Below, piece by piece: positions 27,932 through 38,264 of a stretch of DNA of 64,000 bases. Location of the stretch: positions 1-64,000 of IMG/VR virus record IMGVR_UViG_3300028734_000012. One strand, given 5' to 3'. This DNA is from a virus. How positions within the stretch are numbered: the first letter of the stretch is position 1; each line of letters begins with the position of its first letter. The notes below the pieces were generated by a model. The model ran no database searches, was not told the origin of the DNA, and saw only the letters and a program-made list of their open reading frames with translations. A program made the position numbers and the translations under genes.

Positions 27932-29641
27932 ATGAGTTTTATTCCAACACCGACATTATGCACAGATTTTTACAAAGAGTGCCATTTTGACCAGTACAAT
28001 CCTAAGATGACAAGATTGGTATCTTACTACACACCGCGTATGAGCAGAACTTCCGATAAAACTGTTGTCAATTTCGGTTTACAGTATTATATCAAAAGCT
28101 ATTTGATTGACGATTTTTCCGAACATTTCTTCAAACTTTCAAAAGCAAAAGCCGTTGCACCGTATGCAAGAATGATGGCTTTTACAATGGGCAAACGCTT
28201 CGCTGATACCACACGTTGGGAACAGCTATGGGAATACGGGCGGCTACCTTTAGAGTTCGCAGAAGTGCCAGAGGGTACGAAAGTTCCAATGGGTTGCCCG
28301 TCAATCAGAATTTCTAATATTGTGCCAATGGATGCGTTGTTCTTTATGTGGTTGGTTAACTTTATTGAAACTGGTATGAGTACTACTTTGTGGCATATGG
28401 GTGCTTCTGCTAATGTTGGTAATACCTATTACGGTATTGTCAAAGAGCATTTTGCAAAATCCGTTGAAGATAGCGTCCCAATTCATTCTGCTATTGGTGA
28501 TTTTTCTATGCGTGGACAGCAAGGTATTGAAAGTTCCGCAAAATCAAGCGCGGCATTTTTACTTTCTTCTACAAAAACTGCAACAATTCCCGCAATTGAA
28601 TTTTTGGAGAAATATTACAATTGCAACATCGAAACAGAACTTGTCGCAACTGGACTTGCAAGCACAGAGCATTCCGTTGAAACAAGTAATGCCGCTATTG
28701 ATGGCGATGAAAAGACCCACGTAATTAAGTTGTTATCAGAAACATATCCAGAGGATAATTTCGTAAGGGTATGGGATAGCTACGATTATTTTGGCAGATT
28801 TGATATCTTGGAAGACCCGCAAGTTAAAGCGTTAATTTTGGCGCATAAGGGCTTTATGGGTATCCGTGGAGATAGTGGAGACCCTGTTGAAATTGTTTGC
28901 GGTAAGCCTTGCATGATTTTCAAAGATGAAGAAGAATTTTATAATTATGTCAATCATATGTGGGATAATTACTATGCTGATGATTCTGCGCTTATCGTTC
29001 ACAATGGAGATACGGTCAGAATTGCGACAGAATACAAGACGGTAATTCCTAATAAAGGCAAGCTATGTCTTCATGACACGACTGTTACCAGAGAATTTAT
29101 GGGTACTATTGAATCTGTTGACAAGATTTTTGGACATACCATTAATTCAAAGGGCTACAAAGTTCTCAATGAACATGTTAAAGTCGTGTATGGCGACGGC
29201 ATCACACCAGACCGCGCAAGAACAATTTATTCTATTGCAGAAGCAAAAGGTTATGCGGCAAACAATGTTATCTTGGGCATGGGTTCTTATTCTTTAGAAT
29301 CCGCAGAAGGTAACACACCGCTAACAAGAGACACGTATTCTGTTGCTATTAAATCTACCTATGGTGAGTATACAGATGAAAACGGCAAAACTCAACCATT
29401 GATGATTTTCAAAGACCCTATTTCGGACACAGGGCATTTCAAGAAATCTCAAAAGGGTTGTATCGTTGTGAAAAAAGCAGAAGACGGTACTCTTTCCTTC
29501 AAAGACCAATACAATTGGGAAGAATCAGAAGCGTTAAAATCTGAAAATCTTTTGCAAACAGTTTTCTATGATGGTGTCTTGGTAAAAGAACAGTCATTGA
29601 AAGAAATCAGAAATGTACTGCATGAGGGATTTTATGAATGA
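27932..29641 (+). CDS. nadV: NAMPT/NadV-fold phosphoribosyltransferase (Namat-like), probably nicotinate-utilising
   Basis: TDFYK, DFSMRG, TEHS, DSYD, RGDSGDP, YGDGI, KKSQKG. Confidence 0.9.
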   Translation: MSFIPTPTLCTDFYKECHFDQYNPKMTRLVSYYTPRMSRTSDKTVVNFGLQYYIKSYLIDDFSEHFFKLSKAKAVAPYARMMAFTMGKRFADTTRWEQLWEYGRLPLEFAEVPEGTKVPMGCPSIRISNIVPMDALFFMWLVNFIETGMSTTLWHMGASANVGNTYYGIVKEHFAKSVEDSVPIHSAIGDFSMRGQQGIESSAKSSAAFLLSSTKTATIPAIEFLEKYYNCNIETELVATGLASTEHSVETSNAAIDGDEKTHVIKLLSETYPEDNFVRVWDSYDYFGRFDILEDPQVKALILAHKGFMGIRGDSGDPVEIVCGKPCMIFKDEEEFYNYVNHMWDNYYADDSALIVHNGDTVRIATEYKTVIPNKGKLCLHDTTVTREFMGTIESVDKIFGHTINSKGYKVLNEHVKVVYGDGITPDRARTIYSIAEAKGYAANNVILGMGSYSLESAEGNTPLTRDTYSVAIKSTYGEYTDENGKTQPLMIFKDPISDTGHFKKSQKGCIVVKKAEDGTLSFKDQYNWEESEALKSENLLQTVFYDGVLVKEQSLKEIRNVLHEGFYE

Positions 29642-29981
29642 ATTTGGGTATGAAATAGTCCCTGTTAAAAGTAAAAAGCCGTATTTCATAGTTTATATAA
29701 ATGCTGATTCTAACGACGGGGATTATATTTCAAGAGAAACAAGATATACCGTTAAAGATTTTAATAAGCGTGGTATTAAGGCAGTAAAGATTATTAAGAA
29801 AAAACTATCTGATAACCATGCGCTTGAAAATATGGAAGACATTTTGACAGAAGAAGAATCGGAATTTTTGGAAGATGCAATCGAATTTCCTTATTCTGAT
29901 TGGGGAATTTGCCATTCTATTGAAGACATTGAAGTGTATTATTTCGATGAAAATAACAAAAAATGTAATGTGAAATTCTAA
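29634..29981 (+). CDS. hypothetical acidic protein
   Basis: ORF; start at MNEFG. Confidence 0.65.
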   Translation: MNEFGYEIVPVKSKKPYFIVYINADSNDGDYISRETRYTVKDFNKRGIKAVKIIKKKLSDNHALENMEDILTEEESEFLEDAIEFPYSDWGICHSIEDIEVYYFDENNKKCNVKF

Positions 29982-30007
29982 TAAAAAAAATATAAGGGGA
30001 ACAAAAA

Positions 30008-30751
30008 ATGAGAAAATTTAACGCTACAAAAACTACGCAGGATTTAATCGTATGGATTAAGAATTTCTTTGAGGAAAACGCAAAGACAAACTCAAAAGCA
30101 ATCGTTGCCATTAGTGGTGGCAAAGACAGTTCGGTAGTTGCGGCATTGTGTGTTGCCGCCTTGGGTGTCGAAAATGTATTCGGAGTTCTTCTTCCAAACG
30201 GTGTCCAAACAGACATTGACTACTCAAAGCAGTTGGTTGACTTCTTGGGTATTGAAAATGTCACAGTCAATATCAAAGATACCGTTGATGCACTTACGCT
30301 TGCTATTGTTGAACGTGGCGGCATTGTAGAAACGGCACAGATGAAGACAAATCTTCCTGCCAGAATCAGAATGACAACACTATATGCAATTGCGGCAAGT
30401 ATCGGTGGCAGAGTTGCCAATACTTGTAATCTATCAGAAGATTATGTGGGTTACGCTACGAAGTTTGGTGATGCGGCAGGGGACTTTTCCCCATTGTCAA
30501 ACCTTACAGTGCAAGAGGTAAAAGCGGTTGGCAGAGAGTTAAAACTGCCAGAGACCTTGATTGAAAAAGTCCCTACAGACGGCTTGTGTGGCAAAACTGA
30601 TGAAGACAATCTTGGTTTCACGTATGCTACACTTGATACATATATCAGAACTGGTGTATGTAAAGATGCGGCAGTAAAAGCAAAAATTGATTCTATGCAC
30701 AATAACAACTTACATAAGTTACTTCCAATGCCATCATTCATGCCTATTTAA
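30008..30751 (+). CDS. nadE: NH3-dependent NAD+ synthetase
   Basis: ISGGKDS, ARIRMTTLY, NLSE, GYATKFGD, KVPTDGL, DEDNLG, HK. Confidence 0.93.
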   Translation: MRKFNATKTTQDLIVWIKNFFEENAKTNSKAIVAISGGKDSSVVAALCVAALGVENVFGVLLPNGVQTDIDYSKQLVDFLGIENVTVNIKDTVDALTLAIVERGGIVETAQMKTNLPARIRMTTLYAIAASIGGRVANTCNLSEDYVGYATKFGDAAGDFSPLSNLTVQEVKAVGRELKLPETLIEKVPTDGLCGKTDEDNLGFTYATLDTYIRTGVCKDAAVKAKIDSMHNNNLHKLLPMPSFMPI

Positions 30752-30920
30752 ATAAGCAAAATTTAGGGGTAGGCAATAGCCTATCCTATAATTTTGTAGA
30801 GATATATTTCATATTGTAATATTAATTAAAGTCATAATTATAAACATAAAATCATATAATGAATAAGAAACAGAATTAAGGCAACAATATTTATATCAAA
30901 ATTAAAAAGGAGTTTTTCAA

Positions 30921-31430
30921 ATGAAACGTAAATTAATATCATTGTGTTTGGTTCTAATTGTTAGCATAGGGCTTTCATTTTCCGCAGGATGCGATAGCAA
31001 GAGTATTAAGACAAATACTAATGGCGGTTCTACTGTAAGTGCCAGTGAGGTTGTATCCGCTACTGATAGCAAGGTTGTAATTGCCGCAGTTGAGAAACTC
31101 TTCAATGATGCTAATATTGATAATAATATCACAGAATTTGATAGTGAGACTTTATATGTTGGCTTGCCTTACCATCTTAATGATACGGATAAGTTGGTAG
31201 ACTTATTTTCTCAAATGACTACATCTCAAAAAAATTCAGCGAGATACCAAATGGGTTGGGTTGGTTTATCAGATACGATTAGTGGACTTGATAAGACAGT
31301 AAGTAAGGCAACTAAAGATAGCAAATATAAGCATATAGTATGTCATATGTATGATAGCAAAGATACTTCAAAAACATATCTATTATATAAAGATGGGGTT
31401 CTTGTTACAGATATGTTTGGAATTGAATAA
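30921..31430 (+). CDS. lipoprotein
   Basis: Signal peptide with SAGC lipobox. Confidence 0.75.
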   Translation: MKRKLISLCLVLIVSIGLSFSAGCDSKSIKTNTNGGSTVSASEVVSATDSKVVIAAVEKLFNDANIDNNITEFDSETLYVGLPYHLNDTDKLVDLFSQMTTSQKNSARYQMGWVGLSDTISGLDKTVSKATKDSKYKHIVCHMYDSKDTSKTYLLYKDGVLVTDMFGIE

Positions 31431-31608
31431 ATTTAAAGCCGCTGATGCGGCTTTTTTTTTGCCCATTTATTTTTATATTATAATATGAATTTAATATTTT
31501 TATATTATAATATGAATGTTTAATTGAAAAATAATTATTTTATACCTATTGACATTCACAAAAAAATATGATATAATAAGTTATAGAAAAAGAAAAGGAT
31601 GTGCCAAT

Positions 31609-31980
31609 ATGTTTATTAAAGAAAACGTAAATCCTAAGAAAAAAGTAACTGGTGACTGTGTAATTAGGGCAATATCTAAGGCAGAGGGCAAGGAATGGTT
31701 GACTGTATTCGATTCATTGGTGGCAATATCAAGAGAGATTTTTTCAGTGCCTAACTACAAGGATACGATTGTAAGGTATCTATCTAAATATCCCAAAATA
31801 GATGTAATGCATATGGTAGGGGATAAGCGCAAAAGGTACACAGTCAATGATGTTAGTAAGTGGAGTGGCACATATCTTATTGACGTAGCCAATCATATGA
31901 CGATGACTTGCAACGGTAACAATTATGATACTTGGGATTGCGGAAATAAATGTGCTTATAGAATTTGGAAAGTAAAATAA
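31609..31980 (+). CDS. conserved-type phage protein (DCVIRA motif, papain-like fold possible)
   Basis: GDCVIRAI, H, YDTWD. Confidence 0.65.
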   Translation: MFIKENVNPKKKVTGDCVIRAISKAEGKEWLTVFDSLVAISREIFSVPNYKDTIVRYLSKYPKIDVMHMVGDKRKRYTVNDVSKWSGTYLIDVANHMTMTCNGNNYDTWDCGNKCAYRIWKVK

Positions 31981-32186
31981 AGTTTCCATTTTACTTGACA
32001 AATGTTGGAAATAAGAGTATAATAAAATTACAAAATAAATCAATTGAGGTAAAAGATGAAGTTTAAATATTATGTACACAAGAAATACGCTCAAATAAAT
32101 GACCGTATTAAATACTTGCCAGTTAAAAAAGAAGAAATTCCTAAAGAACAAGTTCCAGAAGTTTATGTGTCCAGAAAATCTATGAA

Positions 32187-32387
32187 ATGAGAGGTAAATA
32201 TATGAAAATCAAAAGACTTTTAAAATTTCTATTCTACTGCATATTCCCAATTCTTGTTGGAGTTGTTGTTACTCTATGGTGTACTTATCAGAATATCTTT
32301 GTGTACATAATCTATTTATTAGGGGTTTTTGTTTGGTGTGGTATGATTTATAAGCTTTTGTTAAAAGCAGAAGAAAATACAAAATAA
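32187..32387 (+). CDS. small two-TM membrane protein
   Basis: Hydrophobic segments. Confidence 0.65.
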   Translation: MRGKYMKIKRLLKFLFYCIFPILVGVVVTLWCTYQNIFVYIIYLLGVFVWCGMIYKLLLKAEENTK

Positions 32388-32402
32388 AAAGGGGTATTCA
32401 AA

Positions 32403-32849
32403 ATGGATGTAGCAGGACAAATTAACAGTGTGGTCAACAACATTTCAAGCAAATTGGGTGACATTGCAAAACAACTCGGTGTGGCAGTCAACATGGTTTA
32501 TCCAATGTTCGTACAGAAGGCATTTACGGATGGAATCGTTGGGCTTATCTTTGCTATAATTTCAGTTATAGTAATCTTATTTACGCTTACATATGCGTAT
32601 AAAGTCTTTTACAAATCTAATAAAGATGGGCTTTCAAAGTATGAAATTGCTGTTCACAGTAATAATTATAGTTCAGACGAACATGAAGCAAAATATGCGA
32701 TTATGATTATTGTACTCGGTATTATTTCATTTATATTTGGTGTGTATTTGTTGGTTTCACTTGGCGATACAATTAATCATTTGGTAAATCCGCAGTATTG
32801 CGCGTTAAAAGAACTTACGGACTTAGTTAAAAATACAACATCAAAATAA
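32403..32849 (+). CDS. two-TM membrane protein
   Basis: Two TMs, C-terminal NPQY motif. Confidence 0.75.
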   Translation: MDVAGQINSVVNNISSKLGDIAKQLGVAVNMVYPMFVQKAFTDGIVGLIFAIISVIVILFTLTYAYKVFYKSNKDGLSKYEIAVHSNNYSSDEHEAKYAIMIIVLGIISFIFGVYLLVSLGDTINHLVNPQYCALKELTDLVKNTTSK

Positions 32850-32870
32850 AAAAGAATGAGGTAATCAACA

Positions 32871-33146
32871 ATGGCTGAACAAAAAAAATATTACGGAGCA
32901 GTACTGGAAACTGGTAAAATATTTGGTGCGCTGATTGATGCTTACAAGGGCTGTAAAAAGCAAGGAATTTATGAAGCAGACGGCAACAAGATGAACGTTG
33001 TTGATATCTTCACGGGCAAGCTAAAGAGCGCAACAATGGTTGATGGGGTTGTCACGGAATTTAAAATCCTCAACCACAATCTCACCGCAGAAATGAAAAT
33101 CACGAATGGTGAACTGACAGTTGTTTCCATAAGAGCAGTAGCGTAA
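32871..33146 (+). CDS. hypothetical protein
   Basis: ORF, GAGGT RBS. Confidence 0.7.
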   Translation: MAEQKKYYGAVLETGKIFGALIDAYKGCKKQGIYEADGNKMNVVDIFTGKLKSATMVDGVVTEFKILNHNLTAEMKITNGELTVVSIRAVA

Positions 33147-33175
33147 CCTTACAAATATAAATCTTACAGATAAGC

Positions 33176-33291
33176 AAATTAGGGGTGGCGAATAGCCATC
33201 CTTTTTTTGGGTTTCAATTATTTTTGGGTTCATCAAATAGGAATTTTTTTGCATATAGATAGTTCACATTGTAATATGAATCTTGATTCAT
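33176..33291. repeat. inverted duplicate of 1..116
   Basis: Exact reverse complement. Confidence 0.95.
33181..33208 (+). terminator. Rho-independent terminator
   Basis: AGGGGTGGC/GCCATCCT stem plus T run. Confidence 0.85.
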
Positions 33292-33761
33292 CAAATAGGA
33301 AAAAAGTTGCATATACAAGGTTCACATGGGTTGCTATGCAATTGATATTCGCTACGCTCAACTGATATGAGACAAACATTCACTTCATTTCATATTGTAA
33401 TATGAATTAATACGTTTCACATTATAATATAATCTCATATTGGTTGCTTCGCAACTAATACAAAACGCAAAGCGTTTCATATTGTAATATAAGGTTAATA
33501 CGTTCATATTATAATATGAATCTCACTACGTTCGATTTATATTCTATGAGTTTTAATATTTCACATTATAATATGAGGTATATATTTTCATATTATAATA
33601 TGACTTAATATATTTAATTCCAAAAAGAATTTTCCATTTCTCTTGACAAAATTGCTGTGCAATTTTTTGAAGAATATTAAAATAAATATTTTAATATTCT
33701 TGACAAATTGAGAATACTATTATATAATATAGACAGACAAAAAAGAAATGGCGGTAAATTA

Positions 33762-33809
33762 ATGATTGTGATGTTCTTAATACTATTATTTTCACCTAAG
33801 AAAAAATAA
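33762..33809 (+). CDS. 15-aa hydrophobic micropeptide MIVMFLILLFSPKKK
   Basis: Own promoter at 33700, GGCGGT RBS, two paralogs. Confidence 0.65.
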   Translation: MIVMFLILLFSPKKK

Positions 33810-33825
33810 GGAAGAGGTTATTAAA

Positions 33826-34014
33826 ATGAAAAACAAAACTATAGAGCGTGTCTTAATTATACTGATAGCAATTCAAGTTGTGTTAATCATTTTAGGGTTC
33901 GTACTTTACGCAGGGAAACCATTCGATGTATTAAGATATACGGTCATGAATGCATCGTTACTTGTTATGAATGCTTATACGCTACATAACTGTAAGAAAG
34001 AGGAAAGCAAATGA
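33826..34014 (+). CDS. small membrane protein
   Basis: Hydrophobic, RBS. Confidence 0.65.
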   Translation: MKNKTIERVLIILIAIQVVLIILGFVLYAGKPFDVLRYTVMNASLLVMNAYTLHNCKKEESK

Positions 34015-34407
34015 AATACTTAAATGAAAGAATATCCTTGGTTATCCTAATTATCACAGCAATCATATTCCTAAAGAATAGCATAATTACCGCGCCTATA
34101 TTTTTCATTACAATAATACTGATATTCATAGCAGATGAACTTATAGACATAAAATGCGCTATAGATAAGAAAGGGGATAACAAATGATGATACTTGAAGC
34201 GCATTGCCTATTAAAAAATTGGTGGTCGGTCACTAAGAATATGGTTGTAAAAGGGTTTTTAATTTTAGACATTAGTATCGAAAATGAATTTGTTAATTTA
34301 GTATTCGGTAGAATAATGTAATTTCTAAATAAATATTTTAATAGTCTTGACAATTAATAAATAGTGATATATAATAGAGATACAAACAAAAGAAAAGAGG
34401 ACAAAAA

Positions 34408-34752
34408 ATGGAAAAGAGATATATTATGCTTAGTCGTTCTAAAGAGACAATCACTGAAAAGACATTGGCATTTCTGAAAGACGGCTACGAATTAGTAGGG
34501 GTAGATGACCGCGGTGAATCCCTTGAATTTCAAAAAGAACATCCTGTGTGGAAAATCATTAATCCAATATGGGAAATTACCAATCCAAACGGTGCATATA
34601 CCAAAGAGGGCGCTAAAAACATCGAAGGTATATACAATTTCATTGAAGGAACAATTTCAGAAATTGGGGTCAGCGATGCAAAATCACTTTACCGTCATCT
34701 TACTGAAAATCCAACGGAGACATTAGCAATATTAAAATCATTATCTGAATAA
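34408..34752 (+). CDS. hypothetical protein
   Basis: ORF, RBS, promoter. Confidence 0.7.
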   Translation: MEKRYIMLSRSKETITEKTLAFLKDGYELVGVDDRGESLEFQKEHPVWKIINPIWEITNPNGAYTKEGAKNIEGIYNFIEGTISEIGVSDAKSLYRHLTENPTETLAILKSLSE

Positions 34753-34802
34753 ACAAAAGATAAACAAAACATACGACAACAAAATAAAAAGGAGAATTAA
34801 AT

Positions 34803-35120
34803 ATGTTCAAGATTTATTGGATAAATATGTCAAAAGCAACGGGTGACACAAGAATTGGGACAAGACCAGTCGTGTCGGTCGAACAAGTCGGTAAAAAGCT
34901 AACAGTCTATGAGATTACAAGCCGCAACAAGGGAGACAGATATCATGCGCACATGAACAACTACCTCATAAGGGGTTATTGCGATTGCGGAACTGCATAT
35001 AGGGTCGATGAGAAGTACATCAAGAGTTATGTCAGAGATTGCACACTAACAGAATATAAGGCTATTTCAGATACTATAGCGGCACTAAAACCTAGAGATT
35101 CAAATAAACAGGCTGTATAA
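34803..35120 (+). CDS. PemK/MazF-like protein
   Basis: IYW, GTRPVV, V..ITS motifs; 105 aa. Confidence 0.6.
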   Translation: MFKIYWINMSKATGDTRIGTRPVVSVEQVGKKLTVYEITSRNKGDRYHAHMNNYLIRGYCDCGTAYRVDEKYIKSYVRDCTLTEYKAISDTIAALKPRDSNKQAV

Positions 35121-35135
35121 AAAGAAGGAGCAAAA

Positions 35136-35534
35136 ATGCAATTTATCAATAAAACAACGGGCGAAGTTATCTCAACTAATAATAGAAGAATACTGCTTCA
35201 TACGGTTCTTTCATCGGTGTATCTTCAATTCATGTTGGAGAGTGACACCTTGGCAAAAGAGACAGCGAAATATAAAAATGTTCCACTTCTGCCATACATC
35301 ATGACGGATAAGGATAAAGAGAAAATTGCCTTAAATCCAGATACCATTGAGGATATCCCACGGTTTATTGTAAAGGGCTATGATAAGGCGGTCAGCGCCA
35401 GTTACTTTGACCAAAAGGTTTGGGATGAATTTATCACCAGATATAACCAGAATGATGAACGGCTGTGTACATTCATAAACCGCTATCATCCTGTGTTCAA
35501 AGCAACCTTAGATGTTTCATCTATGGCTTCATAA
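35136..35534 (+). CDS. hypothetical protein
   Basis: ORF, AGGAG RBS. Confidence 0.7.
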   Translation: MQFINKTTGEVISTNNRRILLHTVLSSVYLQFMLESDTLAKETAKYKNVPLLPYIMTDKDKEKIALNPDTIEDIPRFIVKGYDKAVSASYFDQKVWDEFITRYNQNDERLCTFINRYHPVFKATLDVSSMAS

Positions 35535-35752
35535 AGCAATCAAGGTGGGTTTATTCACATCTTCCCACATTGATATATTAGGGTGACAGCGTAGCTAACT
35601 GCCATCCTATTTTTTTAAGATATATAAGTTCATATTATAATATGAATCTATTATTTAGAAATTGAGATTCTAAAATAAACTTTAAAATACTATTGACATT
35701 CTTATTTTATGGGGTTATAATGTAATTACAAAAGAAAAGGATGTGTAACAAT

Positions 35753-36266
35753 ATGAATTATTTTACAGACTGCAAATGTATTGAAGAGGTTAAGGAAATT
35801 TACCGCAAGATGGCTTGCTTGCTCCATCCAGACATTAATCACGCGCCAGATGCAACACAGCAAATGCAAGCTTTAAACAGCCAGTATGAGCATATATTCG
35901 CACTTCTAAAGAACACTCATAGGTCAATCAACAACGCAGAGGAAGTCTATACGGCAACAGGAGATAAGGAAACCAAAGAAGTACCAGAAGACTTCATCGG
36001 AATCATTAGCGTAATCATTGGTTTAGTCGGTATCAAAATCGAATTGATGTCGTTGGGTTTGGGTAACAGGTGAAACCAAACAATATAAGGACATTTTTAA
36101 GGGTCACGGCTTCATGTGGAGCAATCCAAAACAAGCATGGTCATGGCATAAAGCAGAGGATGCAACACACAGCAGAAAGCGTATTCCACTTGATAAGATA
36201 AGGGAAATGTACGGGTCACAAGAAATCACCCAAGAACGCAATAACAGGGCGGCTTTAAATAGTTAA
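35753..36266 (+). pseudogene. DnaJ-domain protein with frameshift near 36050
   Basis: HPD motif; shifted frame continues WVWVTGETKQYKD...W...W.W...IREMYGS. Confidence 0.8.
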
Positions 36267-36452
36267 TCATTACGGGGCAGTAGAAATACTGCTCCATTTT
36301 TTTTAGAATATAATCTTCATATTATAATATGAAGCGTTATATAATATAATTCACATTATAATATGATATAATATATTAAATAAAAAATAAACTTCTCTTA
36401 TATCTTGACATTAGAAAAATACCGTGTTATAATATAATTACAAAATAAAGAA

Positions 36453-36797
36453 ATGAGGAAATACAAAATGATTTACGAAAAACTACAGAAGACAACGGTT
36501 GAGGACAAGTTCTTAAAAGCAGAGATATATTATAGTAAGGGTGGATATCATGCCAAACGTGGCTATTATCTAAGGGTTACACCAGTAAAGGTTAAAAAAG
36601 GAAACGGCTATACAAGCGAGGAATCAAGCCTGTTCGGCAATGAAAGTGGAGATGTAATGTTCATCCATGAAGTGGGTCGTCAGTCAGACAAGCAGTTCCA
36701 GATTGCTTGCAGTATCGCAGAGGATAAAGCGAACAACTTAGTCGAGAAGCTAACCGCTAAAGTATCTGCTCAAAGTGGATGGATTCTAAAAGAATAA
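36453..36797 (+). CDS. hypothetical protein
   Basis: ORF; probable start 36468. Confidence 0.7.
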   Translation: MRKYKMIYEKLQKTTVEDKFLKAEIYYSKGGYHAKRGYYLRVTPVKVKKGNGYTSEESSLFGNESGDVMFIHEVGRQSDKQFQIACSIAEDKANNLVEKLTAKVSAQSGWILKE

Positions 36798-36973
36798 ATT
36801 GTAAAAGGGTGTTCGGTAACGGATGCCCTTTATTTTATATGGAGTTATTTCATATTATAATATGAATGTTTAATTTAGAAATTCAATTCTTAAAAATAAA
36901 GTTTAATTAACTATTGACATTAATTATTTATAGTGTTATAATATAATTACAAAAGAAAGAGAGGTATTAATTA

Positions 36974-37171
36974 ATGAGTTGTCCAAATTGCGGTCACGAA
37001 GAATATGTATGCATCGAAGTTTCAGATTCTTCTGGTTCTTGCGCATTAGTGGTTGGTTGTACTGGTTCGGTAAGACCAAGGGTTTGTTTAAATTGTGGGG
37101 TTGTTTATTTGTCAAAAGAGCGCTTAGAAGAGATTAAGGATTGCGAAAATAGATTAAAAAGAGCGAAGTAA
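36974..37171 (+). CDS. small Zn-ribbon protein
   Basis: CPNC and CLNC. Confidence 0.7.
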   Translation: MSCPNCGHEEYVCIEVSDSSGSCALVVGCTGSVRPRVCLNCGVVYLSKERLEEIKDCENRLKRAK

Positions 37172-37509
37172 AATTCGCTCTTTTTATTTTAGAATGTGAT
37201 TTCATATTATAATATAAAACTATTAATTATAAATTCAATTTCTAAAAATAAAGTTTAATAAAGTATTGACATTGATTATTTACCATGTTATAATGTAATC
37301 ACAAAGAAAAGAGGTAAGCAATATGAAAGAAAATCCGTGGTACAATGGTTCAAATGGTCAAAGAGAATGGATAGACAAATGGAATCAAGAGTATGCAGTT
37401 TGCATAAAATGTCCTAAATATCCAAACTGTAATGCCATTGACCGTACAGATGAAAATACATGTGGCTTGCTAACACTACCAATACTAAATAAATAAGAGG
37501 TAAAATAAA

Positions 37510-37788
37510 ATGACAGTAGAACAAATTAAAGAGATGAAACCGTTTGAGGTATGCATGGAGTTAGAGTGTGGAAACTTACTAGACCAGATTGACACTGTTG
37601 ACAAGGCACAAGCAATCTTGGACAAGGTAAGTTGTCTACGTCGTTCACAGGGGTTTTATACACGCTTATGTGAAAGCTTGGAAGATTTTATTGCAAGCTT
37701 TGATGATGACAGCGATGATATGCCATATGATGACGGTGAAGAATGCGACGGAGAATGTGACGGTGGCTGTAGCGAGGGTGAAGATTAA
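37510..37788 (+). CDS. acidic hypothetical protein
   Basis: Asp/Glu-rich tail. Confidence 0.7.
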   Translation: MTVEQIKEMKPFEVCMELECGNLLDQIDTVDKAQAILDKVSCLRRSQGFYTRLCESLEDFIASFDDDSDDMPYDDGEECDGECDGGCSEGED

Positions 37789-37790
37789 TT

Positions 37791-38063
37791 ATGGATAACG
37801 ACAGCTATATTCTGAACAATGGACTTGGGGAAATCCTTCATATACAATTGTATAATGATGGATATTATTTAGCTAGTGTACCATATGTATGCAAAAAAGA
37901 CGGCAAAATTTATATTCAAGGATTTTGGAGTGAAGATGAAGCAACTATTGATAAATACGAAATTTTAAACGGCAAAATTAGGATATTGCATTATATCCAA
38001 TATTATCGCGGTATTGAAATAAAGAATTGTGAATGTGATGTTACCGTAGATTGGATTATATAG
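37791..38063 (+). CDS. hypothetical protein
   Basis: ORF. Confidence 0.6.
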   Translation: MDNDSYILNNGLGEILHIQLYNDGYYLASVPYVCKKDGKIYIQGFWSEDEATIDKYEILNGKIRILHYIQYYRGIEIKNCECDVTVDWII

Positions 38064-38264
38064 TTTTAAAAAGGATAGTCGGCTCTATCCTTTTTTTTAT
38101 AGACAATTATTTCATATTATAATATGAATAGCTTATAATTCTTGTCATATTATAATATGACTTAACATATAAACCTAAAAATAAAGATTAAAATTAGCTT
38201 GACATTATATATAATAGATGTTATAATATATTTAGAAACTAAAAGAAAAGGACGTGTAAACAAT

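Noticed and set aside
33260-33620. CRISPR array
   Set aside because: Repeats are only 18 bp, degenerate and irregularly spaced, also dispersed across 44 kb; no cas genes
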